Positions 1 to 6,504 of a stretch of DNA of 10,829 bases are shown piece after piece. Below the pieces are notes generated by a model. It was given only the letters and a program-made list of their open reading frames with translations. It was not told the origin of the DNA and ran no database searches. Origin of the DNA: a virus; the IMG/VR virus record IMGVR_UViG_3300045988_161343, one strand, 5' to 3'. How positions within the stretch are numbered: position 1 is the first letter of the stretch; each line of letters opens with the position of its first letter. The position numbers and the translations under genes are program-made.

Positions 1-1
1 G

Positions 2-244
2 CAAGAAGATTGGGCAAGAGAAGTTTTCAAAATGGATGTTGCCGCAATTCAAGAATGTGATATGGTATTTGTTGTATATGATGGTCTATATTCTGATTCT
101 GGAACCGCTTGGGAAATCGGATATGCTTATGCTCATGGGAAAAATATCCAAATCAGTGTAAATAATGGTGTAAAAGATATGTCAATTATGCCATTCGCAA
201 GTGCCTGCGTCATTAAAAACTATAAAAATATCAAGCTGGTATAA
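2..244 (+). CDS. Nucleoside 2'-deoxyribosyltransferase (NDT/DNPH1-like) family protein, C-terminal fragment (5' end outside window)
   Basis: The reading frame is open from the window edge. The motif DSGTAWEIGYAYAHGK matches the conserved NDT-family active-site region (DSGTafEiGyA.a.GK, carrying the catalytic Glu). The stop is at 242-244. Confidence 0.75.
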   Translation, partial: QEDWAREVFKMDVAAIQECDMVFVVYDGLYSDSGTAWEIGYAYAHGKNIQISVNNGVKDMSIMPFASACVIKNYKNIKLV

Positions 245-262
245 AGAAAGGAATGAACAATA

Positions 263-526
263 ATGAAAAAGTTAAAAACTGAAGAAGATATGAAGCGGGA
301 ATTTAAGCTTGGTGGTCTTGGTTCGGCTATGCAATGTCGTGATGAAGAACACTTATATGAAAAATATAGTGAAGCAAAGCAGGCCGCAATCAAGTTGATG
401 ACAGAAGAACCATTTTGTTATGGAGTTTGTGTAAAGCTTGATTTTGACAGTCAAAAATTTTATGTTGATTATGTCCGAAGTGTTAACAAAAGCTTGAATG
501 ACGCAATCAGAAAAGGTGAAATATAA
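263..526 (+). CDS. Hypothetical protein (87 aa)
   Basis: ATG at 263 follows an AAAGGAA Shine-Dalgarno site and lies 18 nt after the NDT stop, so the two are probably co-transcribed. I recognise no motif. Confidence 0.5.
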   Translation: MKKLKTEEDMKREFKLGGLGSAMQCRDEEHLYEKYSEAKQAAIKLMTEEPFCYGVCVKLDFDSQKFYVDYVRSVNKSLNDAIRKGEI

Positions 527-534
527 AAAAACAC

Positions 535-563
535 TTGACAAATCTGGTTGAACCTGTTATAAT
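535..563 (+). promoter_or_regulatory. Class-1 promoter: TTGACA (535-540), 17-nt spacer, TGn-TATAAT (558-563), followed by the conserved leader CCAAAAGAGAAAGGAAA
   Basis: Consensus sigma-70/sigma-A hexamers at ideal spacing. This is one of 8 near-identical cassettes in the window. Confidence 0.7.
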
Positions 564-597
564 AAAAATACTCCAAAAGAGAAAGGAAAATGATAAA

Positions 598-987
598 ATG
601 AAAAAACTGAAAACTGTACTTGTAATTGTATTTCTAGTTCTATTGGTTGCAATTTCTGTTGCAGGTTATACTCCCGCAGACAAAGTAAATAATAATTTGA
701 ATGTGACAGCTGATAACTTTGGCTGTGAACGTCGAATTACAGTTTACAATGCCCGAACTGATACAATTATTCTTTACGCCGAGGGCTATATGTCAATCAG
801 CAATAATAGTGCGTCAGAACTGGTTATCACTTGTAAAGTTGGGGCAAATGAATATAAGAAAAATTACATTTACCTAAATGATTATACTCTTTACGTTGTA
901 GAAGATATCACCGGTACACATACTGACCCTTACCACTATAAGATTGCATTCTATTCCAGCTTGCCGGATATTGACATTATGCCTTAA
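598..987 (+). CDS. Small secreted or membrane-anchored protein (N-terminal signal peptide or TM helix)
   Basis: ATG at 598 (or the in-frame ATG at 589) follows GAAAGGAAA. The N-terminus MKKLKTVLVIVFLVLLVAISVAG is a typical signal or anchor sequence. The ORF track's start at 535 is a TTG inside the promoter and is unlikely to be the real start. Confidence 0.6.
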   Translation: MKKLKTVLVIVFLVLLVAISVAGYTPADKVNNNLNVTADNFGCERRITVYNARTDTIILYAEGYMSISNNSASELVITCKVGANEYKKNYIYLNDYTLYVVEDITGTHTDPYHYKIAFYSSLPDIDIMP

Positions 988-1016
988 ATATTTGAAAGAA
1001 AATTTAATCAAGGGGA

Positions 1017-1045
1017 TTGACAAAACAATCCTCTTGTGATATAAT
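1017..1045 (+). promoter_or_regulatory. Class-1 promoter: TTGACA (1017-1022), 17-nt spacer, TATAAT (1040-1045). The -35 box is embedded in the hairpin AAGGGGATTG/CAATCCTCTT
   Basis: The hexamers and a roughly 40-nt leader are nearly identical to the 535-597 cassette. An inverted repeat flanks the -35 box. Confidence 0.7.
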
Positions 1046-1078
1046 AAAGATACTCCAAAAGAGAAAGGAAATGATAAT

Positions 1079-1552
1079 ATGATTAAGGAATTGTGTTTCG
1101 ATCTTGATGGAACTCTGGTTGACCTCTATGGTGTTGAAGATTGGCTTGATAAAATTCGAGCCTATGACCCTACACCCTATCAAATTGCCGAACCGCTGGT
1201 TGATATGGCAGAACTTGCTTGTCTGCTCCGTAGCTTGCAGAATTGCGGTATCAATGTTGCAGTTATCACTTGGCTGTCAAAAAAGCCGAACAAGCAGTAT
1301 GATGATGAAATCAGAAAAGCAAAACGAGCTTGGCTGAAAGAATATGGTTTTCCATTTGACAGTCTGCGATGTGTAGCCTATGGAACGCCGAAGCATAAGG
1401 TTGAAGCCGCAAGACTTGCTGATGATGAAGAAGCCCTGATTTTTGATGATGATGCAAGAGTCCGCAGAGATTGGGACTTGGGCGGAGCAATCGACCCCAC
1501 AACCACAAATATTCTTGATGTGCTGAAAGAAATCTTGAATGGGCTTGAATAA
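1079..1552 (+). CDS. HAD-superfamily phosphatase, 5'(3')-deoxyribonucleotidase-like
   Basis: HAD motif I FDLDGTLVD lies near the N-terminus (DxDGT). A conserved Lys (KHK) and the motif IV acidic pair LIFDDDARV are present. The roughly 157-aa size fits the small NT5C-like nucleotidases found in phages. Confidence 0.7.
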   Translation: MIKELCFDLDGTLVDLYGVEDWLDKIRAYDPTPYQIAEPLVDMAELACLLRSLQNCGINVAVITWLSKKPNKQYDDEIRKAKRAWLKEYGFPFDSLRCVAYGTPKHKVEAARLADDEEALIFDDDARVRRDWDLGGAIDPTTTNILDVLKEILNGLE

Positions 1553-1576
1553 GCCCATTCAATAGGGGAAAATAAA

Positions 1577-1780
1577 ATGATGATTCCTAAAAATATTATT
1601 GTCAAGTATTCAGGTTTTGATGAAAGAGGATTGTATTATAATAATGCGTTAGAGTTTCGCACAGAACGAGACGCTGACCTTTTTATTCTGGACATGAAGA
1701 AATTGATGTTTGGATTGCAATCCTATACAAAAATTATCACTTGGGAGAAAAAGGTAGAGACAGAAAATGATTGTAGATAA
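1577..1780 (+). CDS. Hypothetical small protein (67 aa), paralog of the next gene
   Basis: GGGGA Shine-Dalgarno before ATG 1577. It shares the pattern KN..V.Y...F.TE..AD.FI.D with ORF 1767-1967. Confidence 0.5.
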   Translation: MMIPKNIIVKYSGFDERGLYYNNALEFRTERDADLFILDMKKLMFGLQSYTKIITWEKKVETENDCR

Positions 1781-1967
1781 AAATTATTCTGTATTATATC
1801 AATATGAAAATACATTTGGTGTAGCTTGTAGTGAAAGACGACAGTTTGATACCGAAGAAGAGGCTGACAAATTTATCCAAGATTTGTTAAATGATGGTAA
1901 TAAATGTGTTTGGAAAATTGTAAAAAATGTTTGGACAAATTATTATTCCGGAGCAGAAAAGAAGTGA
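1767..1967 (+). CDS. Hypothetical small protein (66 aa), tandem paralog of 1577-1780
   Basis: Its start overlaps the end of the previous ORF by 14 nt. The pair FDTEEEADKFIQDL / FRTERDADLFILDM shows the similarity. Confidence 0.5.
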   Translation: MIVDKNYSVLYQYENTFGVACSERRQFDTEEEADKFIQDLLNDGNKCVWKIVKNVWTNYYSGAEKK

Positions 1968-2061
1968 TAAAAATGAATGACGAACAGCTTGATATTTTGC
2001 TTGAAGAAGCGACAGACATTAAAATTTTAATTGCCTTGGGCTGAAAGGATTGGTAAAAATT

Positions 2062-2089
2062 GGGAATCCAGATTTTGGATTCCCTTTTT
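2062..2089 (+). terminator. Rho-independent terminator (GGGAATCCA-loop-TGGATTCCC followed by TTTTT)
   Basis: A 9-bp GC-containing stem is followed by a T-run, downstream of the 1577-1967 gene pair. Confidence 0.7.
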
Positions 2090-2090
2090 C

Positions 2091-2235
2091 ATTTGAGCCT
2101 GCCGCGATCCAACGCCGCGGCAGGCATTTTAGATTTTTAGCATTTTCACCAATTTTTTGCCCTAAAATTTGTGCATTCTGCCAGTAGACAAAAATCCTAA
2201 AACATGATATACTTTATAATGTCAAAGGGAAATAA
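2091..2235 (+). repeat. Class-2 intergenic element, copy 1. It has a GC stem-loop (2097-2125), a U-rich trail ATTTTAGATTTTTAGC, an operator-like inverted repeat, and promoter TAGACA (2185-2190), 17-nt spacer, TGa-TATACT (2208-2213)
   Basis: About 85% identical to 6505-6650 and partially to 3896-4020. The stem GCCTGCCGCG/CGCGGCAGGC differs from the other copies but still pairs. Confidence 0.75.
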
Positions 2236-2275
2236 TAATTAAATGTTTAGATAAAATAAGAAAGAGGTAAGCCTA

Positions 2276-3340
2276 ATGACTATTGAAAAGAATAAGAACT
2301 TGTTTATCATCACTCTTGGAGATGGCAGGAAAACCTACTTCAACTTCTCTGATGGCTGTATCTATGGTATGACCGGCAAGAAGGTCAAGGATTTTTGTCC
2401 AGAAGCAAAGAAGATTTTAAAGACATACGCCGATAATGATTTTCTTGCAAGATATTTTGCGGTAAGAAATAAAAATTATGACTATTATTTTAGTAATGTT
2501 AATAAATGGTCTACTGAAATGGTAGAAACTATTTATAGCATTTTCGGCAAAGATTATAATTGGCGTATTCTTGGCGTGATTGCTTATTTCTGTAATTTTA
2601 ATAATTATGCTCTTGATAAGCAGGGCGTCAAGTATTTGAAATTGGGCCTTGCTTCATTGGAAGAACATCAATTTGAAAACCTGTGCCGGAATGAAATTGA
2701 AGTTGCTGTTCGGGCAGTACGTTATTCAAATGTTAATCCGCAGATTTTAAGACTTATGAATAATGTGAAGCCCGCAGTACATGAAACTATCCTGAAAGAC
2801 GCAGATAAAATTTTGTTCCGAATGGAACATGAATGTTGGGAACTGCTTGACGGTTTTTATAGTATGAGTAGAACCGTCGAAAGATACATCACACTCTGCA
2901 ACGAATTGGGCAAAGAAAGAACATACAAAGATATGTTTTTGGCCATTTGTCAGATGGAAATGGAAAAACGTCTTGCTCTTGAAGCAGGAAGCAAAGATTA
3001 TCAGTTAAATGCAAATCTTGCATTTGAAGATAATAATTTTATTGTACTTGTGCCGACGGTAGCAAAAGAATTTGAAGCAGAGGCCGATTATCAGTCAAAC
3101 TGTGTTTATCGTGCCTATTATCCAAAGGTATTGAAGCATGAAACACACATTGTTTTTATTCGGCACAAGACTGAACCGGAAAAACCTTACATCACCTGCG
3201 AAGTAAATAATGATGGTGAAATCGTCCAGTATCTGACACGTTTTAATAATTGTGTTGATTGGAAGACTGATGAATTGGGCTTCCAGTTCCAAGCAATATA
3301 CGCTAATTATCTTTCTGAACATTTTAATAAAAACGCTTGA
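2276..3340 (+). CDS. Hypothetical protein (354 aa), largest gene in the window
   Basis: AGAGG Shine-Dalgarno before ATG 2276 and a clean 1065-nt ORF. I have no confident family assignment. The stop codon TGA (3338-3340) lies inside the TTGACA of the next promoter. Confidence 0.7.
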   Translation: MTIEKNKNLFIITLGDGRKTYFNFSDGCIYGMTGKKVKDFCPEAKKILKTYADNDFLARYFAVRNKNYDYYFSNVNKWSTEMVETIYSIFGKDYNWRILGVIAYFCNFNNYALDKQGVKYLKLGLASLEEHQFENLCRNEIEVAVRAVRYSNVNPQILRLMNNVKPAVHETILKDADKILFRMEHECWELLDGFYSMSRTVERYITLCNELGKERTYKDMFLAICQMEMEKRLALEAGSKDYQLNANLAFEDNNFIVLVPTVAKEFEAEADYQSNCVYRAYYPKVLKHETHIVFIRHKTEPEKPYITCEVNNDGEIVQYLTRFNNCVDWKTDELGFQFQAIYANYLSEHFNKNA

Positions 3341-3365
3341 CAAAATAGCCCTATTATGATATAAT
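3337..3365 (+). promoter_or_regulatory. Class-1 promoter: TTGACA (3337-3342), 17-nt spacer, TATAAT (3360-3365). The -10 box is embedded in a 13-bp-arm palindrome ATAGCCCTATTAT-gat-ATAATAGGGCTAT
   Basis: Consensus hexamers, a perfect palindrome across the -10 box, then the conserved leader ATCAAAAGAAAGGAATTGATAAAAATG. Confidence 0.7.
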
Positions 3366-3395
3366 AGGGCTATCAAAAGAAAGGAATTGATAAAA

Positions 3396-3845
3396 ATGAA
3401 AGCAACTGGCATTATTCGCAGAATTGATGACCTTGGACGTGTAATTATTCCGAAAGACATTCGCCGTAGTTTGAAGATTCATGAGGGTGACCCACTTGAA
3501 ATCTTTATTGAAAATAACTGTGTTTGTTTTCAAAAGTATTCAACACTTGGTTCACTCGCCGAAGAACCTTTGCAGATTGCTATTAAAATGGCGTCAAATT
3601 CTGGTTTGCGTCCTATTGCAATTTATGACACTGATAAAAAATTGCGTGGGATGGAAAATTTTCCGCCCTATGTCTCGAAGACATGGGAAGATGAAGACGA
3701 GCCATTTGAATACAATGCCACTTACGGCGTTTACCCGATTGACGCAGATGGTGACCGCGTGGGGTATGTGGTTTGCGATTCACAAGACATGGGCTGTGAA
3801 GTGATGATGATTGCTCGCTATCTTGGCAGTGTAATTGAGAATTAA
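3396..3845 (+). CDS. AbrB/MazE/SpoVT-fold transcriptional regulator with an extra C-terminal domain of about 100 aa
   Basis: The N-terminus MKATGIIRRIDDLGRVIIPKDIRRSLKIHEGDPLEIFIEN aligns almost residue-for-residue with the Bacillus AbrB N-domain MKSTGIVRKVDELGRVVIPIELRRTLGIAEKDALEIYVDD. The true start is ATG 3396, not the track's TTG 3387. Confidence 0.85.
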   Translation: MKATGIIRRIDDLGRVIIPKDIRRSLKIHEGDPLEIFIENNCVCFQKYSTLGSLAEEPLQIAIKMASNSGLRPIAIYDTDKKLRGMENFPPYVSKTWEDEDEPFEYNATYGVYPIDADGDRVGYVVCDSQDMGCEVMMIARYLGSVIEN

Positions 3846-3849
3846 AAAA

Positions 3850-3895
3850 AATAACACAAGGGACTTATTTTGTCAAGTCCCTTGTGTTATTTTTT
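3850..3895 (+). terminator. Strong terminator (17-bp stem AATAACACAAGGGACTT/AAGTCCCTTGTGTTATT, then TTTTTT). An A-run precedes it, so it is potentially bidirectional
   Basis: Perfect long stem followed by a T-tract, immediately after the AbrB-like gene. Confidence 0.8.
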
Positions 3896-4020
3896 GAGCC
3901 TCGCGGCCACGGTCCAGCCGCGAGGATTTTTAGATTTTTGGCACATTGCACAATTTTTTACTCCAAATTTTGTGCAAAATGACAGTTGACATTTTTCCCG
4001 ATACCTGTTATATTATTGGT
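3896..4020 (+). repeat. Class-2 intergenic element, copy 2. GC stem-loop CCTCGCGGC-CACGGTCCA-GCCGCGAGG (3899-3925), the trail ATTTTTAGATTTTTGGC, inverted repeat TGCACAAtttttt...aaattTTGTGCA (3947-3976), and promoter TTGACA (3986-3991), 17-nt spacer, TGt-TATATT (4009-4014)
   Basis: The upstream half is homologous to copies 1 and 3. The stem sequence differs but pairing is preserved, and the promoter half is diverged. Confidence 0.7.
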
Positions 4021-4045
4021 ACAAGGTTAAGGGAGGGAATACCTA

Positions 4046-4219
4046 ATGACTTCTGACGAAAAACTTAAATACTGCATTGAGCAATGGGTTGAGACATTTG
4101 ATGATTGTGCTTGTTGTCCTCTGATGTTCAAATGCCGAGATGATGAAGATATCCAAGGAATTGACTGCATTGAATGTGGTGAAAAAATTATTGATTGGTT
4201 AAAGGAGAATGAACAATGA
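4046..4219 (+). CDS. Small Cys-rich (zinc-ribbon-like) protein, 57 aa, missing from the ORF track (below its length cutoff)
   Basis: Strong Shine-Dalgarno GGGAGGG lies 8 nt before ATG 4046. The translation is MTSDEKLKYCIEQWVETFDDCACCPLMFKCRDDEDIQGIDCIECGEKIIDWLKENEQ, with 7 Cys including a CxxC pair. The stop TGA overlaps the next start in an ATGA junction at 4216-4219. Confidence 0.55.
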   Translation: MTSDEKLKYCIEQWVETFDDCACCPLMFKCRDDEDIQGIDCIECGEKIIDWLKENEQ

Positions 4220-4629
4220 AAAATCTGTACTGGAAACGCATTTACATGAAAATGAATGATGGTCAAGAGCCTATTCTGAATTGGAACCCACAACTTGTTT
4301 ATCGCCCCGAACCGCCTGAAAATGAAGTATTGACAATTAAAAACACAACAGACCTTGCAGTAGCTATTTGCAGTAACTATATCAATGGTTCTATCAAGCG
4401 TGGAACTTTTGACAGAAGAATCAAAAAATTCCATATCGAGAATATGAGATACTGGAAAGGTGAAGAATACAAGCCCGAAAAAATCAGTTTCCCTGTTTCA
4501 CGTGAAACAATTTATAAGCCAGTTGATTATGACATGAGTTTCAAGAAGTTGTCGGGAGAATTGTCCGCAGAAGATTTTATCCGTTGGATGAAAGACAATG
4601 GCATGAACACTTGCCCGATGATTAAATAA
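4216..4629 (+). CDS. Hypothetical protein (137 aa)
   Basis: Translationally coupled to the upstream small ORF through the ATGA overlap, and preceded by AAGGAGAA. I recognise no motif. Confidence 0.6.
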   Translation: MKNLYWKRIYMKMNDGQEPILNWNPQLVYRPEPPENEVLTIKNTTDLAVAICSNYINGSIKRGTFDRRIKKFHIENMRYWKGEEYKPEKISFPVSRETIYKPVDYDMSFKKLSGELSAEDFIRWMKDNGMNTCPMIK

Positions 4630-4637
4630 ATTAGGGG

Positions 4638-4666
4638 TTGACAAACAACCCCTAATGTGATACAAT
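4638..4666 (+). promoter_or_regulatory. Class-1 promoter: TTGACA (4638-4643), 17-nt spacer, TGtGa-TACAAT (4661-4666). The -35 box sits in the perfect 11-bp hairpin ATTAGGGGTTG-acaaa-CAACCCCTAAT
   Basis: Consensus hexamers, an inverted repeat around the -35 box, and the conserved leader ATCAAAGGAAAGGAATTGATAAAAAATG. Confidence 0.7.
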
Positions 4667-4697
4667 AGATTTATCAAAGGAAAGGAATTGATAAAAA

Positions 4698-5009
4698 ATG
4701 ATTATGGACGCCGCTATTGTTAAAGCAATGAATTTGCAGGACTTTCACAATTATATAAACAACAGGAAGCCCGAAGAATTACAGACCCTAATTGCATTAG
4801 CCAAGGAAAGAATTAACCAGTTAGACCAAGAGAAAGAAGCAAAGTATATGGCCGCAATCATTAAGTCTGTTCAGGATTATCTGGATAATGTTGGAGATTT
4901 GACATTCCATGTTGAGTACGAAGACGAAGATGGTCATGACGCAGAAACTGACATCATCGTAGACAATCTGAATCCGCCTGCTGGTGGCAATGGAGTTATT
5001 TACATTTAA
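4698..5009 (+). CDS. Hypothetical acidic protein (103 aa)
   Basis: ATG 4698 directly follows the conserved leader. No family recognised. Confidence 0.6.
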   Translation: MIMDAAIVKAMNLQDFHNYINNRKPEELQTLIALAKERINQLDQEKEAKYMAAIIKSVQDYLDNVGDLTFHVEYEDEDGHDAETDIIVDNLNPPAGGNGVIYI

Positions 5010-5021
5010 GGAGTGATACAA

Positions 5022-5339
5022 ATGCTTACAAATCCGGCTTTTTGGGCAGTTTTTGGAGTTGTTCTCTTTTTCATCTGTTTGATCTTGATGTTTATCCCTG
5101 ACACTTGGCGTGGCAGATTGGCAGTTTTTGGCCTATGTTGTGTGATTGCCTTTACTTTTGCAAGTCTAATGTATTTCACTGCTACCAATAGCCAAGAACG
5201 TTGGAATGATGGTAGACATGCAGAAGATAGTGGCCGCTATTGGTTAACAAGCGTAACTGATTACAAAGGAATCAAAACATATTATTACACTTGTGAAGAT
5301 TGCGGGCATACTGAACAATTTAGTCAGATAATGAGATAA
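5022..5339 (+). CDS. Small membrane protein (two predicted TM helices) with a C-terminal CxxC motif
   Basis: AAGGAG Shine-Dalgarno lies 8 nt before ATG 5022. The track's GTG at 5013 is less likely. Hydrophobic segments AFWAVFGVVLFFICLILMFI and LAVFGLCCVIAFTFASLMYF are followed by YTCEDCGH. Confidence 0.6.
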   Translation: MLTNPAFWAVFGVVLFFICLILMFIPDTWRGRLAVFGLCCVIAFTFASLMYFTATNSQERWNDGRHAEDSGRYWLTSVTDYKGIKTYYYTCEDCGHTEQFSQIMR

Positions 5340-5343
5340 TAAA

Positions 5344-5418
5344 CAAGCCGGTTGGGAAAAAAAATTATAAAAAAAAATTCCCAACCGGCTTGACAAATTA
5401 AAAAAAATTTGATATAAT
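5344..5418 (+). promoter_or_regulatory. Hairpin (13-bp stem CAAGCCGGTTGGG/CCCAACCGGCTTG, 23-nt A-rich loop) fused to a class-1 promoter: TTGACA (5390-5395), 17-nt spacer, TGa-TATAAT (5413-5418)
   Basis: The 3' arm of the stem ends in the TTG of the -35 box. The conserved leader CCAAAAGGAAAGGAATCAATAAACATG follows. Confidence 0.65.
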
Positions 5419-5449
5419 AATAGTACCAAAAGGAAAGGAATCAATAAAC

Positions 5450-5860
5450 ATGACTGAAATTACTACCTATGAGTGCGACTTCTGCGGGCAGGTGTTTGAT
5501 GATGAAGAAGAATGTATTCATCATGAATGGAAATGCAGATATGAAGATTTATGTAAATCTGAAAATTGCGAGCCGCTGAAACTGTTCAACCTTGAAGGCA
5601 AGGAAATCAATGGTTTCGACTATCCTAAATGTGATGAAATTGGGGCGGTGGAAATTCATTCTTACCTTCAAGCACAATTCATCAATGATTATTTTGATGA
5701 AATGGGTTATGAAGTTCCCATTAAAATTGTCATGGGGCTGATTGACCACTATGGTCTGTGGTATTATGATCCTGAATACCACTATGGCAAGTGGCGGTCT
5801 TATGAAGAAGTTCTTGAAGATATTCAGGAAATTGGCAAGAAATTTAATCAAGGGGCTTGA
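5450..5860 (+). CDS. Small protein with an N-terminal C2H2-like zinc finger (136 aa)
   Basis: YECDFCGQVFDDEEECIHHEWKC shows Cx2C...HH spacing. The stop TGA (5858-5860) lies inside the TTGACA of the next promoter. Confidence 0.6.
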   Translation: MTEITTYECDFCGQVFDDEEECIHHEWKCRYEDLCKSENCEPLKLFNLEGKEINGFDYPKCDEIGAVEIHSYLQAQFINDYFDEMGYEVPIKIVMGLIDHYGLWYYDPEYHYGKWRSYEEVLEDIQEIGKKFNQGA

Positions 5861-5885
5861 CAAGCCCCTTGACCTGTGATATAAT
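5857..5885 (+). promoter_or_regulatory. Class-1 promoter: TTGACA (5857-5862), 17-nt spacer, TGtGa-TATAAT (5880-5885). The -35 box sits within the palindrome CAAGGGGCTTG-a-CAAGCCCCTTG
   Basis: The upstream context AATTTAATCAAGGGG is the same as at 1003-1017. The leader ATCAAAAGGAAAGGAAAGGAAATGATACAATG follows. Confidence 0.7.
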
Positions 5886-5920
5886 TGATTTATCAAAAGG
5901 AAAGGAAAGGAAATGATACA

Positions 5921-6196
5921 ATGAATTATCAGGTTATTTTCATGGACAATGAAGGAACTGTTCAGGCGGGCATTTGGAATCAGGACAGGGATGAAATTAT
6001 CTGCGGCTGCTGTGGTGCAACAATCGAATCGGGCGATTTTGTCCTGCTTCACATCTATGATGAATGGTTGAACATCACCGATGAAATCTGTGGGGATGAT
6101 GGAGATATTCTTCATGAGATTGAAGAAAAGGTTGACCGCCTGACAACTTCTGAAATTGAAGCAATTCTTGATGGAGAGAAGGATTTTAACGAATGA
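5921..6196 (+). CDS. Small Cys-rich protein (91 aa)
   Basis: ATG 5921 follows the conserved leader. The track's TTG at 5885 lies inside the promoter. Motifs are ICGCCGATIESGD and ICGDDGD. Confidence 0.55.
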   Translation: MNYQVIFMDNEGTVQAGIWNQDRDEIICGCCGATIESGDFVLLHIYDEWLNITDEICGDDGDILHEIEEKVDRLTTSEIEAILDGEKDFNE

Positions 6197-6501
6197 GTTT
6201 TTTCTTGTCTGTTATGTATGCTTGGCTAGCTGATAATAACATCAGCTATGCCCTCTATGGAGCAGATGGCTCTAAACTTGACAGCCGTTATGCCAGCAGA
6301 CTTCCTGACCAATTTATTCCATCAGAAACAAATGGATATTCTTATCCATTTCCCTATTGGATTTGTTATCCAATAGTCATAGATGGTGAATACTGCGGTT
6401 GCTGGTGTTTCATAGATGATGACAACTGTTCGAGACATGACAATTTTGTTCGAGTAGTTGAAATGACAGAAATTGCCTGCGGCATGGAAGCAGACTCCTA
6501 A
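6193..6501 (+). CDS. Small Cys-rich protein (102 aa)
   Basis: Joined to the previous gene by an ATGA overlap at 6193-6196. Motifs are YCGCWCF...DNCSRH...IACG. Confidence 0.55.
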   Translation: MSFFLSVMYAWLADNNISYALYGADGSKLDSRYASRLPDQFIPSETNGYSYPFPYWICYPIVIDGEYCGCWCFIDDDNCSRHDNFVRVVEMTEIACGMEADS

Positions 6502-6504
6502 AAA

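Noticed and set aside
535-597. ORF-track start codons at TTG 535, TTG 3387, TTG 5885, TTG 6811, TTG 9090 and GTG 5013
   Set aside because: These TTG or GTG codons lie inside the promoter -35 box or the conserved leader (GGAATTGATAAAAATG). The downstream in-frame ATG has correct Shine-Dalgarno spacing and, where checkable (AbrB), matches the homologous N-terminus.
1104-1605. Several overlapping ORFs of 75-93 aa (both strands) within the HAD phosphatase gene
   Set aside because: The HAD frame carries motifs I and IV and a proper RBS and start. The alternative frames have no such support.
3481-3804. 107-aa + strand ORF in an alternative frame inside the AbrB-like gene
   Set aside because: It is nested out of frame within a gene whose N-terminus matches AbrB nearly residue by residue. 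It has no RBS.
5549-6115. 188-aa ORF on the minus strand
   Set aside because: It is fully antisense to three + strand genes that have canonical promoters, conserved RBS leaders and ATGA coupling. It has no Shine-Dalgarno site or promoter of its own, so it is a shadow ORF.
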